Source of the DNA: Chitinophagaceae bacterium
GTDB lineage: Bacteria > Bacteroidota > Bacteroidia > Chitinophagales > Chitinophagaceae
Reading direction: 5' to 3'
Assembly (NCBI GenBank): GCA_023957125.1
Contig: JAMLHL010000005.1
Coordinates: 61-64,060 of the forward strand
DNA length: 64,000 nt
This document shows positions 46,202-56,338 of the stretch, one piece after another; position 1 is the first letter of the stretch, and the number at the start of each line of letters is the position of its first letter. The position numbers and the translations under genes were made by a program. The notes beneath the pieces are model-generated. The model did not search any database, had not been told where the DNA came from, and saw nothing but the letters and a program-made list of their open reading frames with translations.

Positions 46202-47596
46202 ATGGAGATAATAATCGTTGTTCTGCCTTTGGTGTTTTTGATGGTGGTAGCTTACCGGGGATTCAGTGTCATACTGTTTGCTCCTGTTGCGGCTTTATTA
46301 GCCGTGTTGCTGACCAATCCTTCCTGGGTACCCGCTTTTTTTTCAGGCATATTCATGGAAAAATTATCGGGCTTCGTCAAGCTCTATTTTCCGGTATTCC
46401 TGTTAGGCGCCGTCTTTGGCAAGGTCATTGAATTATCCGGTTTTGCGAAATCTATCGCCCGTTCCATCATTAAAGTCTTCGGTGAAGATAAAGCCATCTT
46501 TGTCATTGTTTTCACCGGGGCTGTCCTCACCTATGGTGGCGTGTCGCTTTTTGTAGTGGCTTTTGCTTTGTATCCTTTTGCTGCCGAACTGTTCAAAGCC
46601 ACAGATATCCCCAAAAGACTGATTCCCGGCACTATTGCATTAGGCGCTTTTACTTTTACGATGGATGCCCTGCCCGGTTCTCCGCAAATCCAGAATATCA
46701 TCCCTACCACTTTTTTCAATACAGATACCTGGGCAGCGCCCTGGCTGGGCCTTATCGGTGGCTTGTTTGTTTTTGGAGTGGGTATGTGGTACCTCAACCG
46801 GCGACGAAAAAAAGCGGTATTGGCAGGAGAAGGATATGGGAAAGACCATATTAATGAACCTGATGAATTAGGGGATGTTGATTTACCCAATGTGTGGCTG
46901 GCTTTGTTGCCACTTATTTTGGTGGCAACCTGCAATGCAATCTTCACGGTATGGATAACAGGTTACACTAATAAAACCTTTGATTTTGCTGCCATAGGAA
47001 TTAAAGGAGTTGCTCCGATTGAAATTCCAAAGGTAACAGCCGTTTGGGCGGTGGAAGGTGCATTGTTTGTGGGCATTACATCGGTAATAATTTTTGCGTT
47101 TAAACGGGTGAAAACCAATATCAAAAACGGGCTGCAGCTTTCTGTTGCCGGGGCGTTGCTGGCCACGCTGAATACAGCTTCCGAATATGGATTTGGAGGA
47201 GTAATTGCCGCACTACCGGGCTTTGCCAGCATCAATAATAAGTTATCTTCAGTTATCCGGGATCCGCTGGTTAATGAAGCCGTTACCACCACTACACTAT
47301 CCGGCATTACCGGTTCTGCTTCCGGCGGGATGAGTATTGCCCTGGCGGCTATGTCCGAAATCTATATCGCAAAGGCGGAAGAATTGGGCATCGGGCGCGA
47401 AGTGCTGCACCGGGTTGCGGCTATGGCAAGCGGAGGAATGGATACCCTTCCGCACAACGGGGCAGTAATTACTTTGCTGGCCATAACGGGTCTCACACAC
47501 AGGCAGTCGTATATAGATATTTTCGCCATGACCATCATCAAAACGATTGCGGTTTTTGTGGTAATCGGTATTTATTATCTTACCGGGCTGACATAA
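46202..47596 (+). CDS. GntP-family (gluconate/hydroxyacid:H+ symporter-like) permease
   Basis: 464 aa polytopic membrane protein with a GntP-like N-terminal pattern. Substrate unknown. Confidence 0.65.
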   Translation: MEIIIVVLPLVFLMVVAYRGFSVILFAPVAALLAVLLTNPSWVPAFFSGIFMEKLSGFVKLYFPVFLLGAVFGKVIELSGFAKSIARSIIKVFGEDKAIFVIVFTGAVLTYGGVSLFVVAFALYPFAAELFKATDIPKRLIPGTIALGAFTFTMDALPGSPQIQNIIPTTFFNTDTWAAPWLGLIGGLFVFGVGMWYLNRRRKKAVLAGEGYGKDHINEPDELGDVDLPNVWLALLPLILVATCNAIFTVWITGYTNKTFDFAAIGIKGVAPIEIPKVTAVWAVEGALFVGITSVIIFAFKRVKTNIKNGLQLSVAGALLATLNTASEYGFGGVIAALPGFASINNKLSSVIRDPLVNEAVTTTTLSGITGSASGGMSIALAAMSEIYIAKAEELGIGREVLHRVAAMASGGMDTLPHNGAVITLLAITGLTHRQSYIDIFAMTIIKTIAVFVVIGIYYLTGLT

Positions 47597-47705
47597 AAAT
47601 GTTGCTGTAATGCCGAAACCCGCCGCAAAGGCAGGCGACAAGCATCACTTATAAATCACTCATTTTCGACCGGGCTTTGGTTCATTGTACAGAAGAGCAA
47701 TTGAA

Positions 47706-47850
47706 ATGCACCCGCGGGGAGGGTGCATCCCATATTTTCGCAGGCGGGTGAGACACCCGCCCGTAGAACTCACTACCGGTCGGTGTCCCACCGACCGGAA
47801 TGCCGCAGATGGAGCGAAAATATGGGATACATCCCGCGGGGAGATCCCAT
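47706..47850 (+). other. GC-rich multi-hairpin element (REP-like repeat or cis-regulatory RNA) between the GntP-like and OPT genes
   Basis: Hairpins: ATGCACCC/GGGTGCAT (47706-47728), GGCGGGTG/CACCCGCC (47743-47761), CCGGTCGGTG/CACCGACCGG (47776-47798). A 15-bp long-range inverted repeat joins 47727-47741 and 47814-47828. The motif CCCGCGGGGAG occurs twice. Confidence 0.6.
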
Positions 47851-47900
47851 AAGTTGAACTGTTATTTTTCTTTATCTTTCGGCGGCAAAATATCACCAGC

Positions 47901-49943
47901 ATGTCTGAAAAGAAATTTCAGCCTTTTATTGCCCCCGAAACCAAGATGGCGGAGTTTACACTCAAGGCGGTTTTAACCGGATCTGTTTTTGGAATTATCT
48001 TTGGCGCATCCACAGTATATCTGGCGCTAAAAGCCGGTTTAACGGTGTCTGCTTCCATCCCTATTGCCGTGATGGCTATAACGCTAAGCCGTTTGTTTTT
48101 GAAGACCACCATTCTTGAAAACAATATCATCCAGACTACCGGTTCCGCGGGAGAGAGTGTAGCTGCCGGGGTGGTGTTTACCCTGCCCGGTTTTTTGTTT
48201 CTAAGCGATCCGTCCAGCGAAGCGTATTTCAGCTATCTCACTATTTTTACCCTCGCGGTATTAGGAGGTATCCTGGGTACGTTGATGATGATCCCCCTGC
48301 GGCATCCGTTGATTGTAAAAGAACATGACACCCTGCCTTATCCGGAGGGCACCGCTTGCGCCGCGGTATTGAAGGCCGGGGAAAAAGGCGGCGCCTTTGC
48401 AAAAACGGCTTTTACGGGGGTGGGTTTTGCGTTGATCTATGCTTTTTTGCAGAAGATCATCCATGTTATAGCCGAAACCCCGGCGTTCATGACCCGGCAG
48501 GTGAATAAATTTCTCCCTTCGGCAAAGATCAGCGGAGAAATTACACCGGAATACCTGGGTGTGGGATATATCATCGGTCCGAAGATCGGAGGCGTGCTGG
48601 TGGCCGGCAGTGTATTGGCCTCTTTTGTACTGATCCCGTTGCTGGCTACCCTTGTGCCCGCTGATGCCATTGCCGCCCAGTTAGTGAAACTGGGCATACT
48701 TTCCGATGTAAATATTGCCGGAGGAAAAGGAGGATGGAACCCTGACACCCATACTTTTGCTGATTTTTCAGACGCTATTTACTGGGCTTATATCCGGCAG
48801 ATAGGAGCGGGAGCCGTGGCGGCGGGAGGCTTTATCACCTTGTTGAAAACGCTTCCCACCATCGTAGCTTCGCTGAAAGGCAGTATCGGTTCTTTAAACA
48901 AAAACAACGAGGCTGCCACCACAGGAAGATCGCGCACCGAAAGAGACCTGAGTTTAAAAGTGGTGGGATTCGGCAGCATAGCCCTGATCCTGATCGTATC
49001 GTTACTACCCTTTATCCCGGGGAATAACCTGGTCAGCCGTTTACTGGTAGGCGTACTTATAGTGGTATTTGGGGCCTTATTTGTAACCGTGTCGTCCCGG
49101 ATCGTTGGTTTGATCGGTTCTTCCAATAATCCTATTTCCGGGATGACGATCGCCACCATTTTAGGTACCTGTTTGATCTTTATAGCCGTAGGCTGGACCG
49201 GCAAATTTTACGAGCCGATGGTATTGATAGTAGGAGGTATGATTTGCATTGCAGCGGCCAATGCCGGGGCCACATCGCAGGATCTCAAAACGGGTTTTAT
49301 CATAGGCGCTACCCCCCGTTATCAGCAAATGGCCTTATTTATTGGGGTGATTGTATCTGCATTTGCCATTGGCGTTACCATTAAGGTATTGGATACGCCT
49401 ACTCCCGAAATGGTGCAGCAGGGTATTCATCATGCTATTGGTCAAAGCACCTATGCCGCACCCCAGGCTACTTTGATGGCTACTTTGATCAAGGGAGTGC
49501 TGTCGTTTAATCTCGACTGGCAGTATGTGCTGGTGGGCGTATTTGTTGCCGTAGTAGTGGAGCTTTGCGGGATCAAAGCCCTGTCTTTTGCAATCGGTCT
49601 TTATCTGCCTCTCGCAACCACCCTGCCTATTTTTATTGGCGGGGCGATCCGCGGTATTGCCGACTGGCGGGCCAAACATAAGGGTGAAGAAGTGAATCCG
49701 GGAGAAGAAGACCTCGGTAAAGGGAACCTGTTTGCTACCGGCCTGGTGGCAGGTGGCGCATTGGCCGGCGTGATAGTGGCTTTTCTCGCCGCCAACGACA
49801 GCATTGCTAATGGCTTAAAAAAACTAAGCCTCGAAAAAGGCCTTATCCACCTCCTGGGAGGAGCCCTGGGCTATGAAATATTGGGAGTGCTATTTTTTGC
49901 CCTTTTAGGTGGCTTGTTGTATAAAGTAGCAAGGCGGCGCTAA
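47901..49943 (+). CDS. OPT-family oligopeptide transporter
   Basis: 680 aa, about 16 TM segments, with an OPT-superfamily pattern (TGSAGESVAAGVVFTLPG). Confidence 0.85.
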   Translation: MSEKKFQPFIAPETKMAEFTLKAVLTGSVFGIIFGASTVYLALKAGLTVSASIPIAVMAITLSRLFLKTTILENNIIQTTGSAGESVAAGVVFTLPGFLFLSDPSSEAYFSYLTIFTLAVLGGILGTLMMIPLRHPLIVKEHDTLPYPEGTACAAVLKAGEKGGAFAKTAFTGVGFALIYAFLQKIIHVIAETPAFMTRQVNKFLPSAKISGEITPEYLGVGYIIGPKIGGVLVAGSVLASFVLIPLLATLVPADAIAAQLVKLGILSDVNIAGGKGGWNPDTHTFADFSDAIYWAYIRQIGAGAVAAGGFITLLKTLPTIVASLKGSIGSLNKNNEAATTGRSRTERDLSLKVVGFGSIALILIVSLLPFIPGNNLVSRLLVGVLIVVFGALFVTVSSRIVGLIGSSNNPISGMTIATILGTCLIFIAVGWTGKFYEPMVLIVGGMICIAAANAGATSQDLKTGFIIGATPRYQQMALFIGVIVSAFAIGVTIKVLDTPTPEMVQQGIHHAIGQSTYAAPQATLMATLIKGVLSFNLDWQYVLVGVFVAVVVELCGIKALSFAIGLYLPLATTLPIFIGGAIRGIADWRAKHKGEEVNPGEEDLGKGNLFATGLVAGGALAGVIVAFLAANDSIANGLKKLSLEKGLIHLLGGALGYEILGVLFFALLGGLLYKVARRR

Positions 49944-49944
49944 T

Positions 49945-50628
49945 TTAATTCCTCCTGTTTCCCGCATAAATAAGGATATACTGGGCCAGGGTAACGATAG
50001 ATGCTACAGCGGCAACCACATAAGTGAGGGCAGCCCATTTTAAAGCGTCTTTGGCCTTTGGATATTCCTGTACATTGGTAACATTGGTGTGTTGCAACCA
50101 GGCCAGTGCCCGGTTGCTGGCGTCAAATTCCACCGGGAGGGTTACAATAGAAAATAAGGTTGTTAAGGCAAACAGGATGATACCAATCAGCAGTAAAGAC
50201 GGGAAAACTTTGATCAGCAGGATACCGCCTATCAATACCCATTGTACCAGCATAGAGCTGTACTGCACTATTGGCACCAGGCGGCTTCTCAGCATCAGCC
50301 ATCTGTAGGAACCGGCGTGCTGAACGGCATGACCACATTCATGGGCGGCTACTGCGGCTGCAGCCACCGATCTCCCGTTATATACATCCGGGCTTAGATT
50401 TACCGTTTTATTTACCGGGTTGTAATGATCCGTCAGGAATCCGTCGGAAGACTTAACGGAAACATCATATATTCCATTTTCTTTTAACATTTTCTCCGCC
50501 ACTTCCTTGCCGCTTAACCCGCTGGCCAGGCCAATTTTGCTATATTGGGCAAATTTTCCCTTTAACTGCATGCTTACCAGCATACTTATGCCTACAAAAA
50601 GTAACGATATTAACCAGATTGATCCCAT
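49945..50628 (-). CDS. membrane zinc metallopeptidase (Zn_peptidase_2 family)
   Basis: 227 aa. The HExxH motif is present (AAHECGHAVQH), flanked by TM segments. Confidence 0.8.
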   Translation of the reverse strand: MGSIWLISLLFVGISMLVSMQLKGKFAQYSKIGLASGLSGKEVAEKMLKENGIYDVSVKSSDGFLTDHYNPVNKTVNLSPDVYNGRSVAAAAVAAHECGHAVQHAGSYRWLMLRSRLVPIVQYSSMLVQWVLIGGILLIKVFPSLLLIGIILFALTTLFSIVTLPVEFDASNRALAWLQHTNVTNVQEYPKAKDALKWAALTYVVAAVASIVTLAQYILIYAGNRRN

Positions 50629-50653
50629 TATTTTATTCCGGATTTTGAATAAT

Positions 50654-50661
50654 CAAATATA
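50654..50661 (-). promoter_or_regulatory. -7 promoter box TATATTTG
   Basis: Minus-strand match 25 nt upstream of the peptidase start. Confidence 0.45.
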
Positions 50662-50896
50662 GCAAACTACTTACCATTTAATTTTTTTGCCATTTAATCC
50701 GGGGATCAGATGGCAGATAAGCCCTTTTGTCAGTTGCATTATTCTTAAAAAAATATAAGCGACATCTTGGCAAAACAGGCGTTCGGGATTATTGCGTTAT
50801 AGTCTTATAAATACTTGATAATCATTAATATACAAGCTATATTTAGATGATTTCGGGAGGCAAAAAGTTATTCACAAGCGGCAAAATTAATTTTGT

Positions 50897-50904
50897 TATG
50901 TTTG
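50897..50904 (+). promoter_or_regulatory. -7 promoter box TATGTTTG with no annotated downstream gene
   Basis: Plus-strand TAnnTTTG match about 50 nt upstream of the orphan terminator hairpin at 50951-50976. Confidence 0.35.
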
Positions 50905-50950
50905 AGCAATTTGTAATTTAGTGCAAGAATTTAATGGGTTAGTAAGTACA

Positions 50951-50985
50951 AAAGGGTCGGTTTTTGCCGGCCCTTTTGCTTTGCC
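50951..50985. terminator. bidirectional-looking intrinsic terminator (AAAGGGTCGG-TTTTTG-CCGGCCCTTT)
   Basis: 10-bp stem with one G-U pair, flanked by A- and T-runs. It lies between two divergently transcribed genes, so it terminates neither of them. Confidence 0.6.
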
Positions 50986-51123
50986 GGTTAAAGCATGGTT
51001 TTCTCTTATTCTCTTTGAACATTTTTTTAGTTGAATAATAACACTTGTAAGAATTGCATGCATGCCGGATGACTTCCCGTTCTAATTACCTGCTTCAAAA
51101 TAAATCTTATCTATCTTTAGTGT

Positions 51124-52494
51124 ATGAGTAAAATAAGGACTGCATTTTTTTGTAGTAATTGTGGTTATGAGTCTCCGAAATGGACCGGACGGTGCCCATC
51201 GTGTGGTGAATGGAATACGTTGGCAGAAGAACTGATTGAAAAACCTTCAAAGAATAATAAGAGTTGGAATGCAGATGATGATACCGCCAGGAAAGTGAAA
51301 ACAGTGTTGTTGAATGAAATAGCAGCGGGAGAAGAGAAAAGAATGGTTACGCCGGATCCGGAACTTAACAGGGTATTGGGAGGCGGCATAGTAAACGGCA
51401 GCCTGGTGCTGGTAGCAGGTGAACCGGGGATTGGAAAGTCAACCTTGTTTCTGCAAAACGGTTTACTGCTAAATGAAACAGTTACCTTATATATCAGCGG
51501 CGAAGAAAGTGAGCAGCAGGTTAAGATGCGCGCGGACCGGCTTAAGATGAAGAACGATCGCTTTTTTTTGCTCACCGAAACTTCAACGCAAACCATTTTT
51601 CAGGAAATAAAAAAATTAAAACCCGGGCTGGTTATTGTGGACTCTATACAAACGCTACATTCTTCTTATATTGAATCTTCCGCGGGTAGTGTGTCGCAGA
51701 TCAGGGAGTGCGCTTCAGAATTTCAGCGATTTGCAAAGGAAACGGGTACCCCGGTATTTTTAATCGGGCATATCACTAAGGAGGGAAGCATTGCAGGTCC
51801 TAAGATCCTTGAGCACATGGTAGATACGGTGCTACAGTTTGAAGGTGACCAACATTATGCTTACCGCATTTTACGAACCCTGAAAAATCGTTTTGGCTCC
51901 ACTTCAGAACTGGGTATTTATGAAATGACGGGAGCCGGAATGAAGCCGGTTTCCAATCCTTCTGAAATTCTTATCACACAAAAAGAAGAACAGTTGAGCG
52001 GCATTGCCATAGCAGCCACCCTGGAAGGTCAGCGTCCGTTGCTGATAGAAGTGCAGGCGCTGGTAACGCAATCGGTTTATGGAACGCCCCAAAGAACCAG
52101 TAGCGGCTTTGATAACCGGAGGCTTCAATTGCTTTTAGCGGTGCTGGAGAAGAGAGGCGGTTTTCATTTTGGGATGAAAGATGTGTTTGTGAATATCGCG
52201 GGCGGTATAAAGGTGGAAGACCCCTCTATTGATCTGGCTATGGTCAGCGCCCTGCTCAGCTCTTATGAAGACGGAGCGCTGCCACACCAGTTGGTTTTTG
52301 CGGGAGAAGTAGGCCTGAGCGGCGAAATCCGGGCCGTGAACCGCGTGGAGCAGCGGATAGCGGAAGCTGAAAAATTAGGCTTTGAAAAGATGATCATCAG
52401 TAAATACAATCAAAAAGGGTTAGGAAAACAACATTTTAATATTGAACTGATCACCATGGGCCGCGTGGATGAACTTTATAAATACCTGTTTTAA
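51124..52494 (+). CDS. radA: DNA repair protein RadA
   Basis: 456 aa. Zinc finger CSNCGYESPKWTGRCPSC, Walker A GEPGIGKST, KNRFG, and a Lon-like C-terminal domain. Confidence 0.95.
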   Translation: MSKIRTAFFCSNCGYESPKWTGRCPSCGEWNTLAEELIEKPSKNNKSWNADDDTARKVKTVLLNEIAAGEEKRMVTPDPELNRVLGGGIVNGSLVLVAGEPGIGKSTLFLQNGLLLNETVTLYISGEESEQQVKMRADRLKMKNDRFFLLTETSTQTIFQEIKKLKPGLVIVDSIQTLHSSYIESSAGSVSQIRECASEFQRFAKETGTPVFLIGHITKEGSIAGPKILEHMVDTVLQFEGDQHYAYRILRTLKNRFGSTSELGIYEMTGAGMKPVSNPSEILITQKEEQLSGIAIAATLEGQRPLLIEVQALVTQSVYGTPQRTSSGFDNRRLQLLLAVLEKRGGFHFGMKDVFVNIAGGIKVEDPSIDLAMVSALLSSYEDGALPHQLVFAGEVGLSGEIRAVNRVEQRIAEAEKLGFEKMIISKYNQKGLGKQHFNIELITMGRVDELYKYLF

Positions 52495-52504
52495 AAATCA
52501 GGAG

Positions 52505-53206
52505 ATGGTAAAAACCTGGTTGAATAATATGGCTCGTCTTCTGTTTCCCCATCTTTGCGCGGGGTGTGGAAGCGACTTGATCAACGGGCATCACATGGTT
52601 TGCCTGGAATGTCTTGATCATTTGAAAGAAACGGGCTTTGCCTCCCTGCCCGACAACCCGGTGGAAAAAATATTGTGGGGAAGATTAAATTTCAACCGCG
52701 CGTCCAGTCATTATTATTTTACCAAGAACTCTTTATTACAACACCTGGTTCACCAGTTTAAATATAAGGGCAACAGAGACCTGGCTTATTATTTCGGAAC
52801 GCTCATGGGAGAGACCCTGCTGACCTCCGCGCAATTTTCACGGCCGGACGTAATTGTGCCCCTGCCTCTTTTCCCTGATAAAGAATATAAGAGAGGTTAT
52901 AACCAGTCTGCGGTTCTGAGTGAAGGCATTGCCGCCGTCCTGGAGGTTCCTGTTTCATATAAAGCGGTGTATCGAAATCATTATACGGGTTCCCAAACCC
53001 ATAAAACGAGAATGGAACGTTGGAAGAATGTGGAAGGCGTTTTTACCTGTGGCGCTGAAACAGAAGCGCTTCATCGAAAGAATATCCTGTTGGTGGATGA
53101 CGTAATTACCACCGGCGCTACTCTGGAAGCCTGCGGCAACGTTATTTTAGAAGACCTGCCGGGGGTGCAGCTCAATATTGTTACTTTAGCTTATGCCATT
53201 GCTTAA
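52505..53206 (+). CDS. comF: ComF-family phosphoribosyltransferase-domain protein
   Basis: CxxC pairs (CAGCGS..CLEC) and a PRTase motif (ILLVDDVITTGATL). The start codon is uncertain (52469, 52505 or 52529). Confidence 0.8.
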   Translation: MVKTWLNNMARLLFPHLCAGCGSDLINGHHMVCLECLDHLKETGFASLPDNPVEKILWGRLNFNRASSHYYFTKNSLLQHLVHQFKYKGNRDLAYYFGTLMGETLLTSAQFSRPDVIVPLPLFPDKEYKRGYNQSAVLSEGIAAVLEVPVSYKAVYRNHYTGSQTHKTRMERWKNVEGVFTCGAETEALHRKNILLVDDVITTGATLEACGNVILEDLPGVQLNIVTLAYAIA

Positions 53207-53237
53207 AAGATCGAGCATGTATAGAGGGGAAAACCGA

Positions 53238-54617
53238 ATGCCTGTTCTCTGGATGTTATCATTATTGTCGGCCTGGATATTTTCCTGTACGAAACAGGAT
53301 TTTCTTACCGATAAAAATGCAACCCTGGTTTTTACCGCCGACACACTCCGGTTCGATACCGTTTTCAGTTCCGTTGGATCCGTCACCCGATATTTTACGC
53401 TTATCAACAGCAATCGTCAGAAGCTGCGGATAGAAAAGATAAAATTAATGGGAGGTGCAGAGTCGGCGTACAGGATGAATGTGGATGGAACGGCTTCGCC
53501 GGAACTAAGTAACATAGAGCTGGATGCAGGCGACAGTGTGTATGTTTTTGTATCGGTTACCATTGACCCCACATCGCATGAAAATCCGTTTCTGGTACAG
53601 GACAGCATTGAGGTGACTTTTAACGGGAATCAAAGATTTATTCATTTGGAAGCCTTTGGGCAAAACGCCCGTTTCCTGCACAACTATTTGGTTGAAAAAA
53701 ATACGATCTGGACCAATGACCTGCCTTATGTGATTTCCGGCGGACTGCAGATAGCCGAAGGTCATACGCTTACCATCGCGCAGGGATGCCGGATTTATCT
53801 GCATGCCGATGCTCCGGTGATAGTAGATGGTACATTGAGGGTGGAAGGCACAAAAGATAACCCTGTCATTTTTCGGGGCGACCGGTTGGAGACTGATTAT
53901 CGTGATCTGCCGGCTTCGTGGCCGGGTATTTTTTTCAGAGCCAACAGTGTAAATAATGTAATCCGTTACGGCGTCATTAAAAATGCTTATCAGGGGGTAA
54001 TTGCAGCCGCGCCGGCTGATAACGGCCAGCCTAAGCTATTACTTAGCGAGTGCAGGATTGACAATGTTTATGATGCGGGCATTTTAGCGATCGGCTCCGG
54101 CATTGAAGCGGTTAATTGCCTGATCAGTAATTGCGGTTCTAATGTGGTGATACAGGAAGGAGGAGATTACAGGTTCACCTATTGTACTATTGTGAGCTAC
54201 AATAATAATTATATCAATCATAAAAACCCGGTAGTGTTGCTCAGCAACGCCGGTGACACAGGCGATGGGTATGATCTCAACGCCCTGTTCCGGAATTGTA
54301 TCCTCTGGGGGGAGGGTGGCAATGTAGAAAACGAAGTGCATGCCGAACGCAGGGAAGGCGCTGTTTTTGATATAAATTTTGATCACGTTTTATACAAGGC
54401 AAAAGAATTACCGTCCGATATTCAAGTGATCAACAGTATTGCCAACCAGGATCCTTTGTTTGACAGTATTCATGTGGGAAGGCATTATTTTGATTTCCAT
54501 ATCGGCAAAAACGCCTCTCCTGCAATAGGAGCCGGCGTTGTGGTACCTGTTGTGATTGATCTTGACGGAAGATCCAGAACCGGGGATCCGGACCTGGGTG
54601 CATATACAAAAGATTAA
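53238..54617 (+). CDS. lipoprotein with a right-handed parallel beta-helix-like region
   Basis: Lipobox LLSAWIFSC, then repetitive G/N/I-rich beta-helix-type segments. Function unknown. Confidence 0.55.
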   Translation: MPVLWMLSLLSAWIFSCTKQDFLTDKNATLVFTADTLRFDTVFSSVGSVTRYFTLINSNRQKLRIEKIKLMGGAESAYRMNVDGTASPELSNIELDAGDSVYVFVSVTIDPTSHENPFLVQDSIEVTFNGNQRFIHLEAFGQNARFLHNYLVEKNTIWTNDLPYVISGGLQIAEGHTLTIAQGCRIYLHADAPVIVDGTLRVEGTKDNPVIFRGDRLETDYRDLPASWPGIFFRANSVNNVIRYGVIKNAYQGVIAAAPADNGQPKLLLSECRIDNVYDAGILAIGSGIEAVNCLISNCGSNVVIQEGGDYRFTYCTIVSYNNNYINHKNPVVLLSNAGDTGDGYDLNALFRNCILWGEGGNVENEVHAERREGAVFDINFDHVLYKAKELPSDIQVINSIANQDPLFDSIHVGRHYFDFHIGKNASPAIGAGVVVPVVIDLDGRSRTGDPDLGAYTKD

Positions 54618-54675
54618 CATCGTATCCGGATATTTTTACCAACTTTGTATTTTGGTATCTTTAAATATTTTCGTT

Positions 54676-55188
54676 ATGTTACGCTTGCTTTTTGCTCCAC
54701 TCGCTATTATGATTGCTACTTCTATATACGACTTTAAAGTGGAAGGTCTCGAAGGGGGAACCATAGACCTTTCCCAATATAAGGGCCGGAAAATTCTGAT
54801 CGTAAACACGGCCTCCAAATGCGGTTTTACCCCACAGTATAAAGATCTTGAGCAGTTGTATGAACAATACAAAGATAAGCTGGTGGTGATAGGATTTCCT
54901 GCTAATAATTTCCTGCGCCAGGAGCCGGGAACCAATGCCGAGATAAAAGCGTTTTGTGAAAAGAATTACGGCGTGTCGTTCCCTATGTCGGCTAAAGTTT
55001 CTGTGAAGGGGAAGGATATTCATCCGCTCTTTAAATATCTCGTTGACGAAGCGGAGAAGATGGGGATCAAAAATCCCGTCAAATGGAACTTCACTAAATT
55101 TTTGATTGATGAAAACGGGAAACTGGTTACGGTTTTTCCCAGCAAGGTGAATCCTATGAGCGAAGAAGTATTGCAATATTTACATTAG
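54676..55188 (+). CDS. gpx: glutathione peroxidase
   Basis: VNTASKCGFTPQY (catalytic Cys), FPANNFLRQEPG, KWNFTKFL. The start is taken at MLRLLF. Confidence 0.9.
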   Translation: MLRLLFAPLAIMIATSIYDFKVEGLEGGTIDLSQYKGRKILIVNTASKCGFTPQYKDLEQLYEQYKDKLVVIGFPANNFLRQEPGTNAEIKAFCEKNYGVSFPMSAKVSVKGKDIHPLFKYLVDEAEKMGIKNPVKWNFTKFLIDENGKLVTVFPSKVNPMSEEVLQYLH

Positions 55189-55209
55189 AGCGGTGCAAAA
55201 AAAGACTGG

Positions 55210-56160
55210 ATGTTTACGATAGAAAGCCGGCAGGAAAACGGATTCAATAAAATAGTTCTGATTGACCCTGTTTCACAAACCAGGGTGGAAATTGTGCCTG
55301 GATGCGGTGCCATGCTGCATGCCTTTATAGTGCATGGAGACGGTCGTTTCATCAATGTTATTGACAGCTACAAAAGCCGGGAAGAATTTGATGAACAACC
55401 GGAGTCAAAGGGTTTCAAAGGATTAAAGCTTTCTCCCTTCCCCTGCAGGCTGTTCAACGGAAGCTACCGGTTTAATAATAAGGAATATCGTTTAGCAGCA
55501 AACCGGCCAGACGGTTCGGTTATACACGGTTTATTGTACAGGCAGTCTTTTCGTTTAACCGGTGAAGACGTTTCGAAAACGCACGCAGCTATTGGTTTAC
55601 TACATGAATATAAGGGTGAAAATGCAGGCTATCCCTTCGCCTATAACTGTATGGTTAACTATAGTTTGTTCAATAACAACATGCTGGAAGTTGCCACCAC
55701 CATAAAAAATACCGGCAATACCGAACTACCCGTTGCGGACGGATGGCACCCTTATTTTACGTTTAGCGGCAGGGTAGATGAGCTTGAGCTGAGCTTCCGT
55801 TCAGCAGAGACCCTTGAATTTAAAAACCTGATCCCTACCGGAAGAGTATTACCGGATTGCCGGTTTGTGCAGCCGGCGCGGATCGGATCGCAGGAAATAG
55901 ACAATTCCTTTATCCTGGACTTTGCCCAACCGCAGCCGATGTGTGTGTTGCGGGATCCTGCCACCCAATGGCAATTAGCGATCTGTCCGGAGAAAAGTTA
56001 TCCTTATTTACAGGTTTATATCCCACCCCACCGTCAAAGTATCGCCATTGAAAATTTAAGCGCTCCCCCCGATGCTTTTAATAATGGCATAGGACTTGTT
56101 ACCTTGTCTCCCGGAAAAAGTACCCGGTTTCTTACCCGATACATAATAAGCAGGGGCTGA
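55210..56160 (+). CDS. aldose 1-epimerase-family protein
   Basis: 316 aa with an Aldose_epim-like pattern (GAMLH..., HGLLY, GWHPYF). Confidence 0.75.
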   Translation: MFTIESRQENGFNKIVLIDPVSQTRVEIVPGCGAMLHAFIVHGDGRFINVIDSYKSREEFDEQPESKGFKGLKLSPFPCRLFNGSYRFNNKEYRLAANRPDGSVIHGLLYRQSFRLTGEDVSKTHAAIGLLHEYKGENAGYPFAYNCMVNYSLFNNNMLEVATTIKNTGNTELPVADGWHPYFTFSGRVDELELSFRSAETLEFKNLIPTGRVLPDCRFVQPARIGSQEIDNSFILDFAQPQPMCVLRDPATQWQLAICPEKSYPYLQVYIPPHRQSIAIENLSAPPDAFNNGIGLVTLSPGKSTRFLTRYIISRG

Positions 56161-56338
56161 AAGGAGTTGTTTTGGTTCTTTCTATTAAGATTTTATTAAA
56201 ATCAATCCTTATATGGATAAGATTCGCGGCTAAACCTGTATTTTGCAGAGGCATGATCACAAATGGCTGAGGACAGAGGGGATCCGGTTATAAGGTTTCC
56301 CTGATTTCAGGCAACCCGGGAAAGCAAAAACATTTTGA

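Noticed and set aside
47660-47902. An 80-aa minus-strand ORF and a 48-codon plus-strand ORF (47706-47852) across the GC-rich element
   Set aside because: Both are composed almost entirely of the perfect hairpin arms. The reading frames are a by-product of the palindromic sequence.
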